This document shows, piece by piece, positions 49,880 to 62,524 of a stretch of 64,000 nt of DNA; within the stretch, counting starts at the first letter, position 1, and each line of letters opens with the position of its first letter. Position numbers and translations under genes: made by a program. The notes below the pieces were generated by a model. The model was not told the origin of the DNA. It worked only from the letters and a program-made list of their open reading frames with translations, and made no database searches. The stretch covers positions 64,001 to 128,000 of the forward strand of contig CAVPCR010000003.1 in assembly GCA_963702435.1 (NCBI GenBank), read 5' to 3'. This DNA comes from Candidatus Eiseniibacteriota bacterium (GTDB taxonomy: Bacteria > Eisenbacteria > RBG-16-71-46 > CAVPCR01).

Positions 49880-51031
49880 CTAGGCCTTGGCCCTTCCGTT
49901 CGTACGGTAACGGAGAAGGGCGGCGATTCCACCCGCCGCTTCGAGATCCGGCTCCCCGTCCACCTCGACGACCGCCACCGATCTCGCCAGGGCTCGGTCC
50001 ACGAGTTCCTCGACGATGTCCGGGACGGGCAGGAGACCGCCCCCGCATTCCGGACAGGCCGGCCCTTCGATGGCCAGGCCGGGACAGTCGCTGCAGGCGA
50101 GGCCGGGGCGCACGAGCCCCGGCGCGATGGCGAGCGTGGCCACCTGGCCCCGCCCGAAGGCGCCGAGCACGGGCTTGAGGCCGACGGCGGCGAGCCCCGA
50201 CCCCTCGCGATCGCGGAGGGCGATGCGGGCGACGCGCAGTGCGGATTCCTGCTCGTGACGGCGCACCTCTGCCGAGACACGGGCGAGGACCTCCGCCGGC
50301 GGCGATTCGGGCCCGAGCGCGAGCCGGGCGATGATCCGCTCGCGCAGCGCCCCCGGCATGCAGGCGTCCAGCTCGGCGAGCACGTCGGGCGGGCCGCCCA
50401 CGAGGAGGAGCGGGTCCGGCTCGGCGCGGACCGCGTCCGCCGTGCGTTCGGCGACGAGCTTCGCGAAGTGGTGCAGGCGATCGTCGGCATGGCGCTCGAG
50501 CCGTCGCTCCGCGCATCCGGCGAAGGTGCCGCCCTTCACCTCGGGCGGCACATCGCCGGTCAGCCGGGCGAGTCCCCGCATCTCGCCGACGGCGATCGCC
50601 GCGAGCGATGCGTGATCGCGCGCCATGAGGACGACGATCGCCGGCCGAAACTGGCCGAGGAGGCGCGTGAGCGGCCGCACGTGGGCGTGCGTGTCCACGA
50701 TCAGGCGATCGCGCACCGGCTGGGCCAGCGCATGGAAGCGCCAGAGCTTCGCGCCGGCCGATGAGAAGACGGCGACGCCGCGGGCGCCATGGCGGTCGAA
50801 GTGCTGGACAAAGCGGAGCAGGGCCGCGAAGTCCAGCTCCACGGAGTCGCGCTGCGGGCGCGAGAGCGGGCGCGTGGCGAGCTCCGCGCGTTGCTTCTTG
50901 ATCAGGTCCTTGATGAGGATGTCGGCCTTTTTCTTGTCGCGGCCGCCGTCGAGGGTCAGAAAGAGCGTCGTGACCGGAAACACCTCGCCGCGCAGGCGAG
51001 CCAGTTCATGAACCTGCTCGAGCGTGATCAT
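49880..51031 (-). CDS. Bacterial aeRF1-like (baeRF family) protein with a C-terminal Zn ribbon
   Basis: RGVAVFSS, HVRPLTRLL, LLVGGP, CSDC..CPECG, DIVEELV, GGIAALLRY. Confidence 0.82.
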   Translation of the reverse strand: MITLEQVHELARLRGEVFPVTTLFLTLDGGRDKKKADILIKDLIKKQRAELATRPLSRPQRDSVELDFAALLRFVQHFDRHGARGVAVFSSAGAKLWRFHALAQPVRDRLIVDTHAHVRPLTRLLGQFRPAIVVLMARDHASLAAIAVGEMRGLARLTGDVPPEVKGGTFAGCAERRLERHADDRLHHFAKLVAERTADAVRAEPDPLLLVGGPPDVLAELDACMPGALRERIIARLALGPESPPAEVLARVSAEVRRHEQESALRVARIALRDREGSGLAAVGLKPVLGAFGRGQVATLAIAPGLVRPGLACSDCPGLAIEGPACPECGGGLLPVPDIVEELVDRALARSVAVVEVDGEPDLEAAGGIAALLRYRTNGRAKA

Positions 51032-51504
51032 GGAATGGCCTCCTCACGTGAGCGACCTCACGCATGACACGCCTTGAACCATCGATGCACCGAAGACAGA
51101 TGACAGGTGGCGGGGCGGGCCACCCGCGAACGCGGCCCGAGCGGGCGGGACCACCGGGCCGGGGGGCGGGTCCGGCGGCATCCCGGACGGCGCGCGGTAT
51201 CCCCCGGCGGCGGGCGAGGGAGGCGAGGCCCTCGACACGACGGAAAGGCGCCCGTCACCGGGCCCACGCGGGTGGGCACGCCGGTGCGGGATGCGGGGCG
51301 GGGCGAAACGAATGCGGACGTTATCGTCCTCCTCGGCAGTCGTCGCGTGGGGCAGCGAAACGCCGATCGCTTCACCTTCCACGCTACTCCCGTTCGCCGA
51401 TCGATGTCAACGACCACAGGCTGTCCTTCCGGGGCATTCCCTTGCTTGGCAAGGGATTACCCGGCGCGATCGGCAGCGGTTCCGGGTTCCGGGCCGGCAC
51501 CGGT

Positions 51505-52491
51505 TCAGACGAGGCCGAGCTGTTCGTCCGGCACGGCGGTCCGGGCTGCGGCCGGTCGCCCCCGTTCCTTGAGAGGCGGCAGGACGAGACCGGGATGCGG
51601 GTCGTACGCCGGGGCGACGGCGGTTTCGGGGGTCGACGGCGGGGGCCAGAACGAAGCGAGGGGAATGCCCGGCGGCACACCGCTCGCCGGCTCGCCGGCG
51701 CCGGCCTGCGCCGGGCAGATCGAGCGGTAGGCACACCAGCGGCAGAGCGGCGATACGCGGGCCGGAAAGTGGTCGGCGGCGGTCGCGCGCTCGATACCGC
51801 GGATCGCCGTCGCGATCTCGGCGCGTTTCCCGGCGAGCCCGGCGGAACCGAGGCGCACGGTGATCCGCCGGCCGAAGGCGAGGAAGTGCCAGATGAGCTT
51901 CGCCTCCTCCTGCTCCGGCCAGCGCGCGCGGGCGCCGAGCTCGTAGATCGCGAGCTGCAGATCACCGAGGATCTCCTCCTTGCGCGGGAGGTAGGTCGAG
52001 GTCTTGTAGTCGTGGATCGCGAGGTGTCCGGAGTCCTCGATCGCCACGCGGTCGATCACGCCGGTGAGACGCGGACCGTCGGGCCCGGCGAGCGGGAATT
52101 CGATCTCCTCCTCGAGTCCGAGGGTGCGATCGGCCGCGAAGGGCCAGTTGCCGCGGTAGAACGTGGCCAGGCAGCGGCGGCCGAGGCGGTGGTAGTCGAG
52201 CGGCGTCGTCTCCGCCTTGACGACCGTGACCGCATCGTGCCACGCCCGCTCGAACGCGGCGTCGAAGAGCGCGAGGAGCTCGGGGAGCGCCGGCGGGCGC
52301 GGTTCGATCCCGAGCGCCCGGTAGAGGGCCTCGAGCACCTCGTGCACGCGCTTGCCGGCGAAGGCCTCGATCGACTCGACGGCGGTCGGAATCCGCTCGA
52401 TGTAGCGATACCGGAACTGCAGCGGGCACTTCTCGAAGGAGCGGAGTTTCGAGTACGAGTAGAACAATCGGCCCTCGCTGTCGACTGGCAA
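51505..52491 (-). CDS. PD-(D/E)XK RecB-family nuclease
   Basis: YSYSKL..CPLQF, GVIDRV..IHDYKTS, QLAIY, CRWCAYRSICP. Confidence 0.88.
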   Translation of the reverse strand: MPVDSEGRLFYSYSKLRSFEKCPLQFRYRYIERIPTAVESIEAFAGKRVHEVLEALYRALGIEPRPPALPELLALFDAAFERAWHDAVTVVKAETTPLDYHRLGRRCLATFYRGNWPFAADRTLGLEEEIEFPLAGPDGPRLTGVIDRVAIEDSGHLAIHDYKTSTYLPRKEEILGDLQLAIYELGARARWPEQEEAKLIWHFLAFGRRITVRLGSAGLAGKRAEIATAIRGIERATAADHFPARVSPLCRWCAYRSICPAQAGAGEPASGVPPGIPLASFWPPPSTPETAVAPAYDPHPGLVLPPLKERGRPAAARTAVPDEQLGLV

Positions 52492-52675
52492 CGGCGCGCC
52501 GGGCCGCCGCTTGACTTGAAGGGGTCTCCTGCTAGAATCCGATCACCCTATTCAAAACCTCGATGCACTGTCAACTTTCATCCTGTCCGTCCACCGCGCA
52601 GAATCGCCGAGCGGGCCGCGGGAGTCGTTGCCGGCCCGCCCCCACCTGCCGATGCGGGCCAGAAAGGAGCAACGC

Positions 52676-53494
52676 GTGCCCTCCCCGCTATCCGCCCAGC
52701 GTCTTGCTGTCTTCATCGACGTGCAGAATATCTACTATCCCGCCAAGAGCCTCGGCGACAAGGTCAACTTCCACTCCCTGCTCAAGCGCTTCTCGACCCG
52801 GCAGCTCATCCGCGCCATCGCCTACGTGGTCGAGGCCCCGGACGTCGATGTCACGCCCTTCGTGGTCGCGCTCCGCAATATCGGCTTCGAGGTGCGCACC
52901 AAGGCGATGAGGGTGTTCGACGACGGCACGAGGAAAGGTGACATCCATCTCATGCTCGCGCTCGATGCCATGAGCATCGCGGGCAACATCGATGTCGTCT
53001 GCCTGGTGACGGGCGACGGCGAGTACGTCGACCTCGTGCATCTCCTGCACGGCCGCGGCATCAAGGTCGAGGTGATGAGCTTCAAGGCCAACACCTCGGC
53101 CGAGCTGATCCGGGTCGCCGACGAGCACATCCCGATGAACGAGGAGTTCCTGCTCGGCCACGGTGCCCAGCGCGGCGAGGAGCGGCTCTCCGAGCGCGGG
53201 CGTGCTTTCGGCGAGGAGCGGCCGGCGCGGTCGCTTCCCTACCGCAGCGCCAGCGGGCGCGATCTCCGGTCGGCTCCCGCGCCGCGCCGCGACGACCGCT
53301 ACGCACCGCGGCCGCTCCGCGATGAGCGGTTGCCGCGGGAGGAGCGCCCCTATCGCGACGAGCGGCCGCCGTACCGGGACGAGCGCCCGGGACGGGACGA
53401 GCGGCTTCCCCTCCGCGGGGAGCGCGGCGCGCGTCTCGACGACGACGAGCGGCCCGCAAGGTCCGAGGCGGACGAGGAGAGCAGCGAGAGCTAG
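52676..53494 (+). CDS. NYN/LabA-family protein with an R/D/E-rich low-complexity tail
   Basis: FIDVQNIY, KGDIHLMLALD, LVTGDGEY. RBS AAGGAG; promoter TTGACT-N16-TAGAAT at 52511-52538. Confidence 0.88.
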   Translation: MPSPLSAQRLAVFIDVQNIYYPAKSLGDKVNFHSLLKRFSTRQLIRAIAYVVEAPDVDVTPFVVALRNIGFEVRTKAMRVFDDGTRKGDIHLMLALDAMSIAGNIDVVCLVTGDGEYVDLVHLLHGRGIKVEVMSFKANTSAELIRVADEHIPMNEEFLLGHGAQRGEERLSERGRAFGEERPARSLPYRSASGRDLRSAPAPRRDDRYAPRPLRDERLPREERPYRDERPPYRDERPGRDERLPLRGERGARLDDDERPARSEADEESSES

Positions 53495-56376
53495 CTCCCG
53501 CCGCCGGCCGGGTCCGGCCGCACCGCTTGTCCCGCCGCCCGGTCCGGATCGACCGGCGCCGCCGCCTGGCCACGGGCGAGGAGCGCCTTCAGCGTGGCGA
53601 GGGTCGTGAGCCCCTCGATCGGCGTCAGCTGCTCCGGATCCAGCTCCCGGAGCGTCGAGAGAACGGCGCGCTCCGCCGCAGTCCGCGCCGGCTCGGTCGT
53701 GGATGCCTCGGGTGCCGCCCCCGCCCCCGCCCCGGCCCGGCGCGGCGCCCCCGCGGTGAAGAGCGAGAGCTGGGCGGGTTCCTCGCCGAGCCCACGGTCT
53801 CCCTCCTCGAGGAGCCGCAGCACCTCGCGGGCGCGCCGGAGGAGCGCCGGCGGGAGTCCGGCCAGCTGCGCGACGTGGATCCCGTACGAGCGGTCGGCTG
53901 CTCCGTCCACGATCCGCCGCAGGAAGCGCACCTCGTTCCCCTGCTCGCTGACCGCGACGTTCAGGTTCTTCACGTTCGGGAGCTCGCGGGCGAGCCGCGT
54001 GAGCTCGTGATAGTGCGTGGCGAAGAGCGTTCGCGGCGCTCCGCCGGCCAGGTCGTGCAGATACTCGGCGACCGCCCACGCGATCGAGAGGCCGTCATAG
54101 GTCGAGGTGCCGCGCCCCACCTCGTCGAGGAGGACGAGGCTGGCCCGCGTCGCCGCGCGCACGATGACCGCGGTCTCCGCCATCTCGACGAGAAAGGTGG
54201 ACTGTCCGCGCGCGATGCGGTCGGCGGCGCCGACCCGGGTGAAGATGCGGTCGGTGAGCGGGATGCGCGCCGCCGCGGCCGGCACGAAGCTCCCGGCCTG
54301 CGCCATGAGCGTGATGAGTCCGACCTGGCGGAGATACGTGGACTTTCCCGCCATGTTCGGTCCGGTGATGATGAGGACGTGCGCGCCGTCCTCCCCCACG
54401 CGCGTGTCGTTGGGCACGAAGGGCTCATCGAGGCGGAGCGCCTCGACCACCGGGTGGCGCCCGGCGGTGATGACGAGGGGGCCGGCGACGACGATCTCCG
54501 GGCGCACGTAGTCGCGCGCGCGCGCCACCTGGGCGAAGGCGGCCAGCGTGTCGGCGACCGCGATCGCGCGCGCCGTGGCGAGGAGACGGGGCACCTCGGC
54601 CGCCACCGCATCCCGGAGCTCGACGAAGAGCGCGTGCTCGAGGCGGGCCAGGCGCTCCTCGGCGCCGAGCACCTTGGCCTCCATCTCCTTGAGCTCGGGC
54701 GTCACGAAGCGTTCCGCGCCGACGAGCGTCTGCTTTCGGATGTAGTGCTCCGGCACCGCGCGGAGCTGGCCGCGCGTGACCTCGATGTAGTAGCCGAAGA
54801 CCCGGTTGAATCCGACCTTGAGGTTCGCGATCCCGCTCTTCGCCCGTTCCTCGCTCTCGAGCCCGGCGATCCACTGCTTCCCGCCCTTCGCCCCGGCGCG
54901 AATCTCATCCAGCTCGGGATGCACGCCGTCCTTGAAGAGGCCGCCTTCGGTCGTCGCGAGCGGGGGCTCCGGGACGAGCTCGCGGTCGATGCGGGCGGCG
55001 ATCTCCGGAAGCGGGTCGAGATCCGCGGCCAGCTCCGAGACGAGGAGCGGCGCGGGCGCGGCCGGCTCCGGCGCTCCTCCGGCGACGAGGGTCGCGATCG
55101 CCGCGCGGAGCGCCGGCACCCGGGCGAGCGAGTCGGCGACCGCGCGGAGCTCGCGCGCTCCGCTGCGCCCGCCCTCGATGCGGCCGGCGAGGCGCTCGAG
55201 ATCGCCGATCGCGCGGAGCTCCGCCTCGACGCGGCCGCGCGCCGCGTCGTCGCGGGCGAAGGCCTCGACCGCGGCGAGGCGGGCCGCGATCACCGGGAGC
55301 TCGCGGCTCGGCCGCGCGAGCCAGCGCCGGAGGAGGCGACCGCCCATGGCGGTCTGCGTCCGGTCGAGGACGCCGAGGAGCGTTCCGCGCGCGGGCTCGC
55401 CGCGCCGCGGGATCACGTCGAGATGCTGGAGTGTCGCCTCGTCGAGCGTCATGGCGCTCTGCGGCCGGAGACGGCGGAGCGCCGTGACGTGCCGGAGCGG
55501 GCTCTGCCGCATTGCGGCGAGGTACGCGAGGAGCGCCCCGGCCGCGGCGATGCCGGCGGCGAGATCGGCCACATCGAAGCCGTCGAGGGAGGCGGTCGCG
55601 AAGTGGCGGGTCAGGCGCTCGCGCGCGCTCGCGAGGTCGAACTCGGCGCTCGGGCGCACGGTGAGAAGCGGCGGCGTGCCGTCGACCGGGCTGCGGATCT
55701 CCTCCGGCGGCACGAGGCCCTCGGGCACGAGGAGCTCGGCCACGTGGAAGCCGGCGAGCTCCGTCGCGAGCCCGTCGCGATCGAATTCGCCGGCGAGGAA
55801 CTCGCCGGTAGATGCATCGGCGAGCGCGACGCCCCACGCCCCGCCGGGGCCCGGCTTGAGCGCGGCGAGGAAGGTGTTGGCGCGTTCCTCGAGCAGCGAT
55901 TCCGCGATCGCGGTGCCCGGCGTGATGAGCTCGGTCACCCGGCGCTCGACGAGGCCGCGGGCGAGCTTCGGATCCTCGACCTGATCGCAGATCGCGACGC
56001 GGTGCCCCTCCCGGACGAGCCGCGCGACGTAGGTGTCGAGCGCATGCCAGGGCACCCCGGCCATGGGAATGCCGGAGCGCTTGTCGCGAGAGGTGAGCGT
56101 CAACCCGAGAAGATCGGCGGCGAGGACGGCGTCGTCGTAGAAGAGCTCGTAGAAGTCGCCCATCCGGAAGAGGAGGAGCGCATCGGGATGCGACGCCTTG
56201 GCGGCCAGGTACTGGCGCATCATCGGCGTGAGCTCGCCGGCGGGAGCGGGCGGTCCGCCGGACGCGGCGGGCGATGGCGCGGCGGGCGATGATGCTGCGG
56301 GCGATGATGCGGCGGGCGATGATGCGGCGGGCGATGATGCGGCGCCCGGAGCGCGGGGCTCGGAGTCGGGGGACAC
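53491..56376 (-). CDS. mutS: DNA mismatch repair protein MutS
   Basis: TPMMRQY, GDFYELF, GPNMAGKSTY, DEVGRGT, ATHYHEL. Confidence 0.98.
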   Translation of the reverse strand: MSPDSEPRAPGAASSPAASSPAASSPAASSPAAPSPAASGGPPAPAGELTPMMRQYLAAKASHPDALLLFRMGDFYELFYDDAVLAADLLGLTLTSRDKRSGIPMAGVPWHALDTYVARLVREGHRVAICDQVEDPKLARGLVERRVTELITPGTAIAESLLEERANTFLAALKPGPGGAWGVALADASTGEFLAGEFDRDGLATELAGFHVAELLVPEGLVPPEEIRSPVDGTPPLLTVRPSAEFDLASARERLTRHFATASLDGFDVADLAAGIAAAGALLAYLAAMRQSPLRHVTALRRLRPQSAMTLDEATLQHLDVIPRRGEPARGTLLGVLDRTQTAMGGRLLRRWLARPSRELPVIAARLAAVEAFARDDAARGRVEAELRAIGDLERLAGRIEGGRSGARELRAVADSLARVPALRAAIATLVAGGAPEPAAPAPLLVSELAADLDPLPEIAARIDRELVPEPPLATTEGGLFKDGVHPELDEIRAGAKGGKQWIAGLESEERAKSGIANLKVGFNRVFGYYIEVTRGQLRAVPEHYIRKQTLVGAERFVTPELKEMEAKVLGAEERLARLEHALFVELRDAVAAEVPRLLATARAIAVADTLAAFAQVARARDYVRPEIVVAGPLVITAGRHPVVEALRLDEPFVPNDTRVGEDGAHVLIITGPNMAGKSTYLRQVGLITLMAQAGSFVPAAAARIPLTDRIFTRVGAADRIARGQSTFLVEMAETAVIVRAATRASLVLLDEVGRGTSTYDGLSIAWAVAEYLHDLAGGAPRTLFATHYHELTRLARELPNVKNLNVAVSEQGNEVRFLRRIVDGAADRSYGIHVAQLAGLPPALLRRAREVLRLLEEGDRGLGEEPAQLSLFTAGAPRRAGAGAGAAPEASTTEPARTAAERAVLSTLRELDPEQLTPIEGLTTLATLKALLARGQAAAPVDPDRAAGQAVRPDPAGGGS
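56263..56343. repeat. 15 bp tandem repeat (GCGGCGGGCGATGAT-like, about 5 copies) encoding ASSPA units at the MutS N-terminus
   Basis: Read directly from the sequence. Confidence 0.8.
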
Positions 56377-56389
56377 GGGGGCCGATCTC

Positions 56390-57475
56390 CTACGGCTCGA
56401 CGATGCGGAAGCTCACGCCGTGCTCGGCGTTGAGTCGGATCCCGGCCGCTGTCGCGGCCTCGCGGTCGGGGTAGTCGCCGGCCCGCACGCGGAAGTAAAC
56501 CCGCCCGCCGCGCGTCTCCTCCTCGATGCGCACCCCGGCGAGCCCCCAGGCCTCGAGGTGGGACGCCAGCTCACGCGCGTTCTCGCGGTCGCCGAAGGCG
56601 CCGAGCTGGAGGGTGAAGCGCCCGCTCGTGATCGCGGTGTCGGCCGGCGGCGCCGCCGGGGCGGTCGTCGTTCCGCGCGGCTCGGCCGGCGCACGAGGCG
56701 GCGTCTTCGCAGGTGCGCGGTCCTTTCGGGGCGCCCGCGCGGGCGCGGCCGGGCTCGGCGCCGGTTCGTCCCGTGGGGCCTCGCGGCGCAGGCGGTCGCG
56801 CGCGGCGGCCGCCTCGCTCGACTGGGGATAGTCGCGGGCCAGGGTGGCGGCGGCCGCTCTGGCGTCGGCCGGGCGGCCGAGCGCGTCGGCCACCCACATG
56901 AGCTGCGCGAGGGCGAGCGGCGTGTACGCGTCGGCCGTGCCGTGCGCGGCGATGTCGCGATAGATATCGGCGGCTCGTTCGGCCTTGCCCTGGAGGGCCA
57001 TGGCATCGGCGAGCCCGAGCTGCGCTTCGCTCGACCGGGGATCCTGCTTGAGCACCCCTTCGAACACGCGCGCGGCGAGTCCGCCCTCGCGTGCGCCGAG
57101 AAACGCGCGACCGCGCAGGCACTGCCGGCGCGTGAGCCCCGGTCCGGGTGCGACCGCGCCCGCCGCGCGCTCGAACTGGCGGGCGGCGGTCACGTATTCG
57201 CCGCGCGCATAGTAGTAGTGACCGAGGATCTCGGCGGCATCGCCGCTTCGCGGGTGGTTCTTGTACTCGGCGAGGAGAGTCTCCGCGGCGCGGCGTGCAG
57301 TCTCGGCGTCGCCCGTCGCATCGAGCGCGGCCACGAGATCGGGCGGCGGCTCCTTGCCGCGCGCGTCGGCCGGGACGGGCAGGGCGAGCGCGAGGAGAGC
57401 GACGGGAAGGAGGAGGACCGCCCGCGTGGCGGGGGTCCGGCGCCGCGCGCAACGCTTGAGGATCTCATTCATCAC
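56390..57475 (-). CDS. TPR + SPOR domain protein
   Basis: Signal peptide, TPR-like helices, FTLQLGAFGDRENA..YFRVRAG. Confidence 0.85.
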   Translation of the reverse strand: MMNEILKRCARRRTPATRAVLLLPVALLALALPVPADARGKEPPPDLVAALDATGDAETARRAAETLLAEYKNHPRSGDAAEILGHYYYARGEYVTAARQFERAAGAVAPGPGLTRRQCLRGRAFLGAREGGLAARVFEGVLKQDPRSSEAQLGLADAMALQGKAERAADIYRDIAAHGTADAYTPLALAQLMWVADALGRPADARAAAATLARDYPQSSEAAAARDRLRREAPRDEPAPSPAAPARAPRKDRAPAKTPPRAPAEPRGTTTAPAAPPADTAITSGRFTLQLGAFGDRENARELASHLEAWGLAGVRIEEETRGGRVYFRVRAGDYPDREAATAAGIRLNAEHGVSFRIVEP

Positions 57476-57627
57476 GGGCGCACCTTAGCATCGGATCCGC
57501 CGCTCGGTCCAGGCGGGCTCGGAGAACGCACGAGGCCGGACCCCCTCGCGGGGGCCCGGCCTCTGCGGATCGTTCGTGGCGGACCGATGGGCCGCCGGAT
57601 CGCCGGAACGCAGCGGCGCGGTCGAGC

Positions 57628-59699
<2,072 letters not shown>

Positions 59700-59736
59700 G
59701 AAAGTCGTGACCTCCTTGACCATCGAGATTGGCCGC

Positions 59737-61158
59737 CTAATGGCGGCGGGCGCGCGGATCGCCGACCGTCTTGAGCCGGGCAATCGCCGCCATCACGCCC
59801 GTCGAGTGCGCGCGCAACACGTCACGCCACTCGGGGCCATCCCCCATCGGGGGCGGCGCGAGCGGCTCGCCGAAGCGAACGATGATGGGCGTGCGGCGGA
59901 GGAAGGCCTGGCCGAGACGCAGGCTCCCCCCGATGTAGACCGGGATGATGGGAACCTGGGCCTCGGCGGCTAGCAGCGACACCCCAGGGCGTCCCTGGCC
60001 GAGCTCACCGGTCCGGATCCGCGTACCTTCGGGGAAGAGTAGCAGGCCGAAGCCCTGGCTGACGACATTCTTTGCGGTGTCGAGGGCCTGCCGGTCGAGG
60101 GTCTGGCGGTGGATGGGAAAGGCGCCGAGGGACCGGATCAGCTCCCGGAGGACAGGGGGCTCGAACAGCTCGCGCTTGGCCAGGTAGGCCAGCCGGCGGG
60201 GGCTCGAGCAACCGAGGATCGGCGGGTCGATGAAGGAGACGTGGTTTGCGGCCAGTATAAACCCTCCCCTGGCCGGAAGATGCTCGGTCCCATGAATGCG
60301 AAGCCCGAAGCAGAGCCGGCCGAGGAGGCGGACGGTCGACCAGGCGAAGAGGTAGAAACCGGTGCGCACCGGGGCCGGGGCGAGCGCGGGATTCGGGGCC
60401 GGGGCGGGTAGGGCTCGGGTCGCCGATCCTGGCCGGGCAGGATCGGCCCCGGTGCGCTCCCGCACCACGGCGATCACGCGGTCCACCTGCTCCTCGATCG
60501 AGAGCCCGCTCGTGTCTACGACGATCGCGTCGGGAGCGGTGCGGAGCGGGCTCTCCTCCCGTTCCACGTCGCGGCGATCGCGCTCCGCGATGAGCGCACG
60601 GAGTTCCTCGGGGGGCGGCGGCGCCGCGCCGCGCGCGGCGAGCTCGTGCCCGCGCCGCGCGGCGCGGGTGCCGAGATCGGCGTCGAGGTAGATCTTGACC
60701 GCCGCCGCGGGCAGGACGACGGTGCCGATGTCGCGTCCTTCCATCACCACGCCGCGATCGCGGGCGAGCTCGCGCTGGCGATCGACGAGATAGGTGCGGA
60801 CCGCGCGGAGCGGCGCGATGAGCGAGGCGAGGTGTCCGACGCGCTCATCGCGGAGCGCCGACGTCACGTCCTCGCCGTCGAGGACGACCGCGGTCTCCCC
60901 CGCCGCACGGGTCGCGAGATCGATCGTCGTCCGCGGCAGGATGTCGGCCAGGGCGCGCTCGAGGGCGGGGAACTCCTCGCTCCCCCGCCCCTCGCGCAGG
61001 AGCTTGAGCGCGAGCGCCCGGTACATGGCGCCCGAGTCCACGTAGAGGAGGCCGAGGCGGCGGGCGACGGCGCGCGCGGTCGTCGACTTGCCGGCGGCCG
61101 CCGGGCCGTCGATGGCGATCGCGAGCGGCGGCTCGGCGGCACGCGGCGCATCCATCAT
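59737..61158 (-). CDS. cmk: Cytidylate kinase fused to 1-acylglycerol-3-phosphate acyltransferase (Cmk-PlsC)
   Basis: IAIDGPAAAGKST, EGRDIGTVV, then NHVSFID and FPEGTR in the same frame after a Pro/Ala linker. Confidence 0.9.
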   Translation of the reverse strand: MMDAPRAAEPPLAIAIDGPAAAGKSTTARAVARRLGLLYVDSGAMYRALALKLLREGRGSEEFPALERALADILPRTTIDLATRAAGETAVVLDGEDVTSALRDERVGHLASLIAPLRAVRTYLVDRQRELARDRGVVMEGRDIGTVVLPAAAVKIYLDADLGTRAARRGHELAARGAAPPPPEELRALIAERDRRDVEREESPLRTAPDAIVVDTSGLSIEEQVDRVIAVVRERTGADPARPGSATRALPAPAPNPALAPAPVRTGFYLFAWSTVRLLGRLCFGLRIHGTEHLPARGGFILAANHVSFIDPPILGCSSPRRLAYLAKRELFEPPVLRELIRSLGAFPIHRQTLDRQALDTAKNVVSQGFGLLLFPEGTRIRTGELGQGRPGVSLLAAEAQVPIIPVYIGGSLRLGQAFLRRTPIIVRFGEPLAPPPMGDGPEWRDVLRAHSTGVMAAIARLKTVGDPRARRH

Positions 61159-61168
61159 CTCGCCCTCG

Positions 61169-62522
61169 CTAGCGGCGCGCGCGGGCGCCGCCGATCTGCT
61201 CGGCGAACCCCGGGAACGAGGTGGGGATGCCCTGTGCTCCGCGGATCTCGAGCGGGGCGGCGGCGCCGAGGGCGAGAACGGCCATGGCCATCGCGATGCG
61301 ATGATCCCCGCGCGCGTCCACGGTCGCGCCCTGCGGGCGGAGGCCGCCGTGGACGAGGAATCCCTCGGCCCGCTCCTCGACGCGAACGCCGGCGGCCGCG
61401 AGGCCGCGGCACAGGAGCTCGATGCGGTCGGACTCCTTGACCCGGAGCTCCCCTGCATCGGCGACCGTTGTCGTGCCCTCGGCGAAGGCCGCGGCCACCG
61501 CGAGGATCGGCAGCTCGTCGATCAGCGTGGGGATGCGGGCGCCGTCGAGCCCGATCCCGCGGAGCCGGCTCGAGCGGGCGACGATGGTCGCCGTCGGCTC
61601 GAGTCCGTCGTCGGTGAGTCCGCGCACCTCGATCGCGCCGCCCATCTCGATGAGCGCATCGATCGCGCCGCGCCGGGTCGGGTTCATCGCCACGCGCTCG
61701 ATCGTCACCTCCGAGTCCGGGAGGATCAGCGCGGCGACGACGAAGAAGGCGGCGGCCGAGGGATCGCCCGGCACCTCGATCGTGGTCGCCGTGAGCCTCG
61801 TTCCCGCCCTCGACGCTCACCGCGGTCTCGGCGGCGGCGCTGCCGGCACCGCCGCCGTCAGCCCCGGGCTCGACCGCGACCGGAGCGCCGAAGGCGCGGA
61901 GCATCCGCTCGGTGTGATCGCGGCTGGCAACCGATTCGCGCACGGTCGTGCGCCCGCTCGCGCGGAGCCCGGCGAGGAGCAGCGCCGACTTGACCTGGGC
62001 GCTCGCCACCGGCAGGCGGTAGTCGAGCCCGCGAAGGCTCGCGCCACGGACGACGAGCGGAGCCCGCCCCTCTGCGCGCGACAGCACGCGGGCGCCCATG
62101 CGCTCGAGGGGCTCGATGACGCGCGCCATGGGCCGCGCGCGCAGCGACGCATCCCCGGTCAGGACGGCGAGGCCCGGCCCGGCGGCCAGGATCCCGGCGA
62201 GGAGACGCATCGTGGTGCCGGAGTTGCCGCAGTCGATCACCTGCTCGGGCTCGGCGGTCTCCCCCGCCACTCCCTCGATCTCGGTGAGCGGACCGCCGCC
62301 CGCGACGCGCGCGCCGAGGAGCGCGACGGCGGCGAGGCTCGCCGCGCAGTCGTGGCCGGGGTTCGCGTTGAGGATGCGGGTCGTGCCGCGCGCGAGCCCG
62401 CCGAGGAGGACGGCGCGATGGGTGATCGACTTGTCCCCGGGCACGATAAATGTGCCGCGGAGGTTCTTCTGCGGCTCGACGCGGAGGAGATCGGCCGGGC
62501 GTGACGCGGGCAAGGGATGCAC
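61169..62522 (-). CDS. aroA: EPSP synthase, one apparent frameshift near 61800
   Basis: PGDKSITHRA, CGNSGTT, ASAQVKS, RDHTE / PGDPS, RVKESDR, DHRIAM. Confidence 0.95.
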
Positions 62523-62524
62523 GA

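Noticed and set aside
51040..51500. Small ORFs or an ncRNA upstream of the baeRF gene
   Set aside because: Competing short ORFs without recognisable motifs; the hairpins cannot be told from GC-rich background by eye.
51505..52491. Cas4 of a CRISPR system
   Set aside because: Stand-alone RecB-family nuclease in a housekeeping context, with no cas1 or array nearby.
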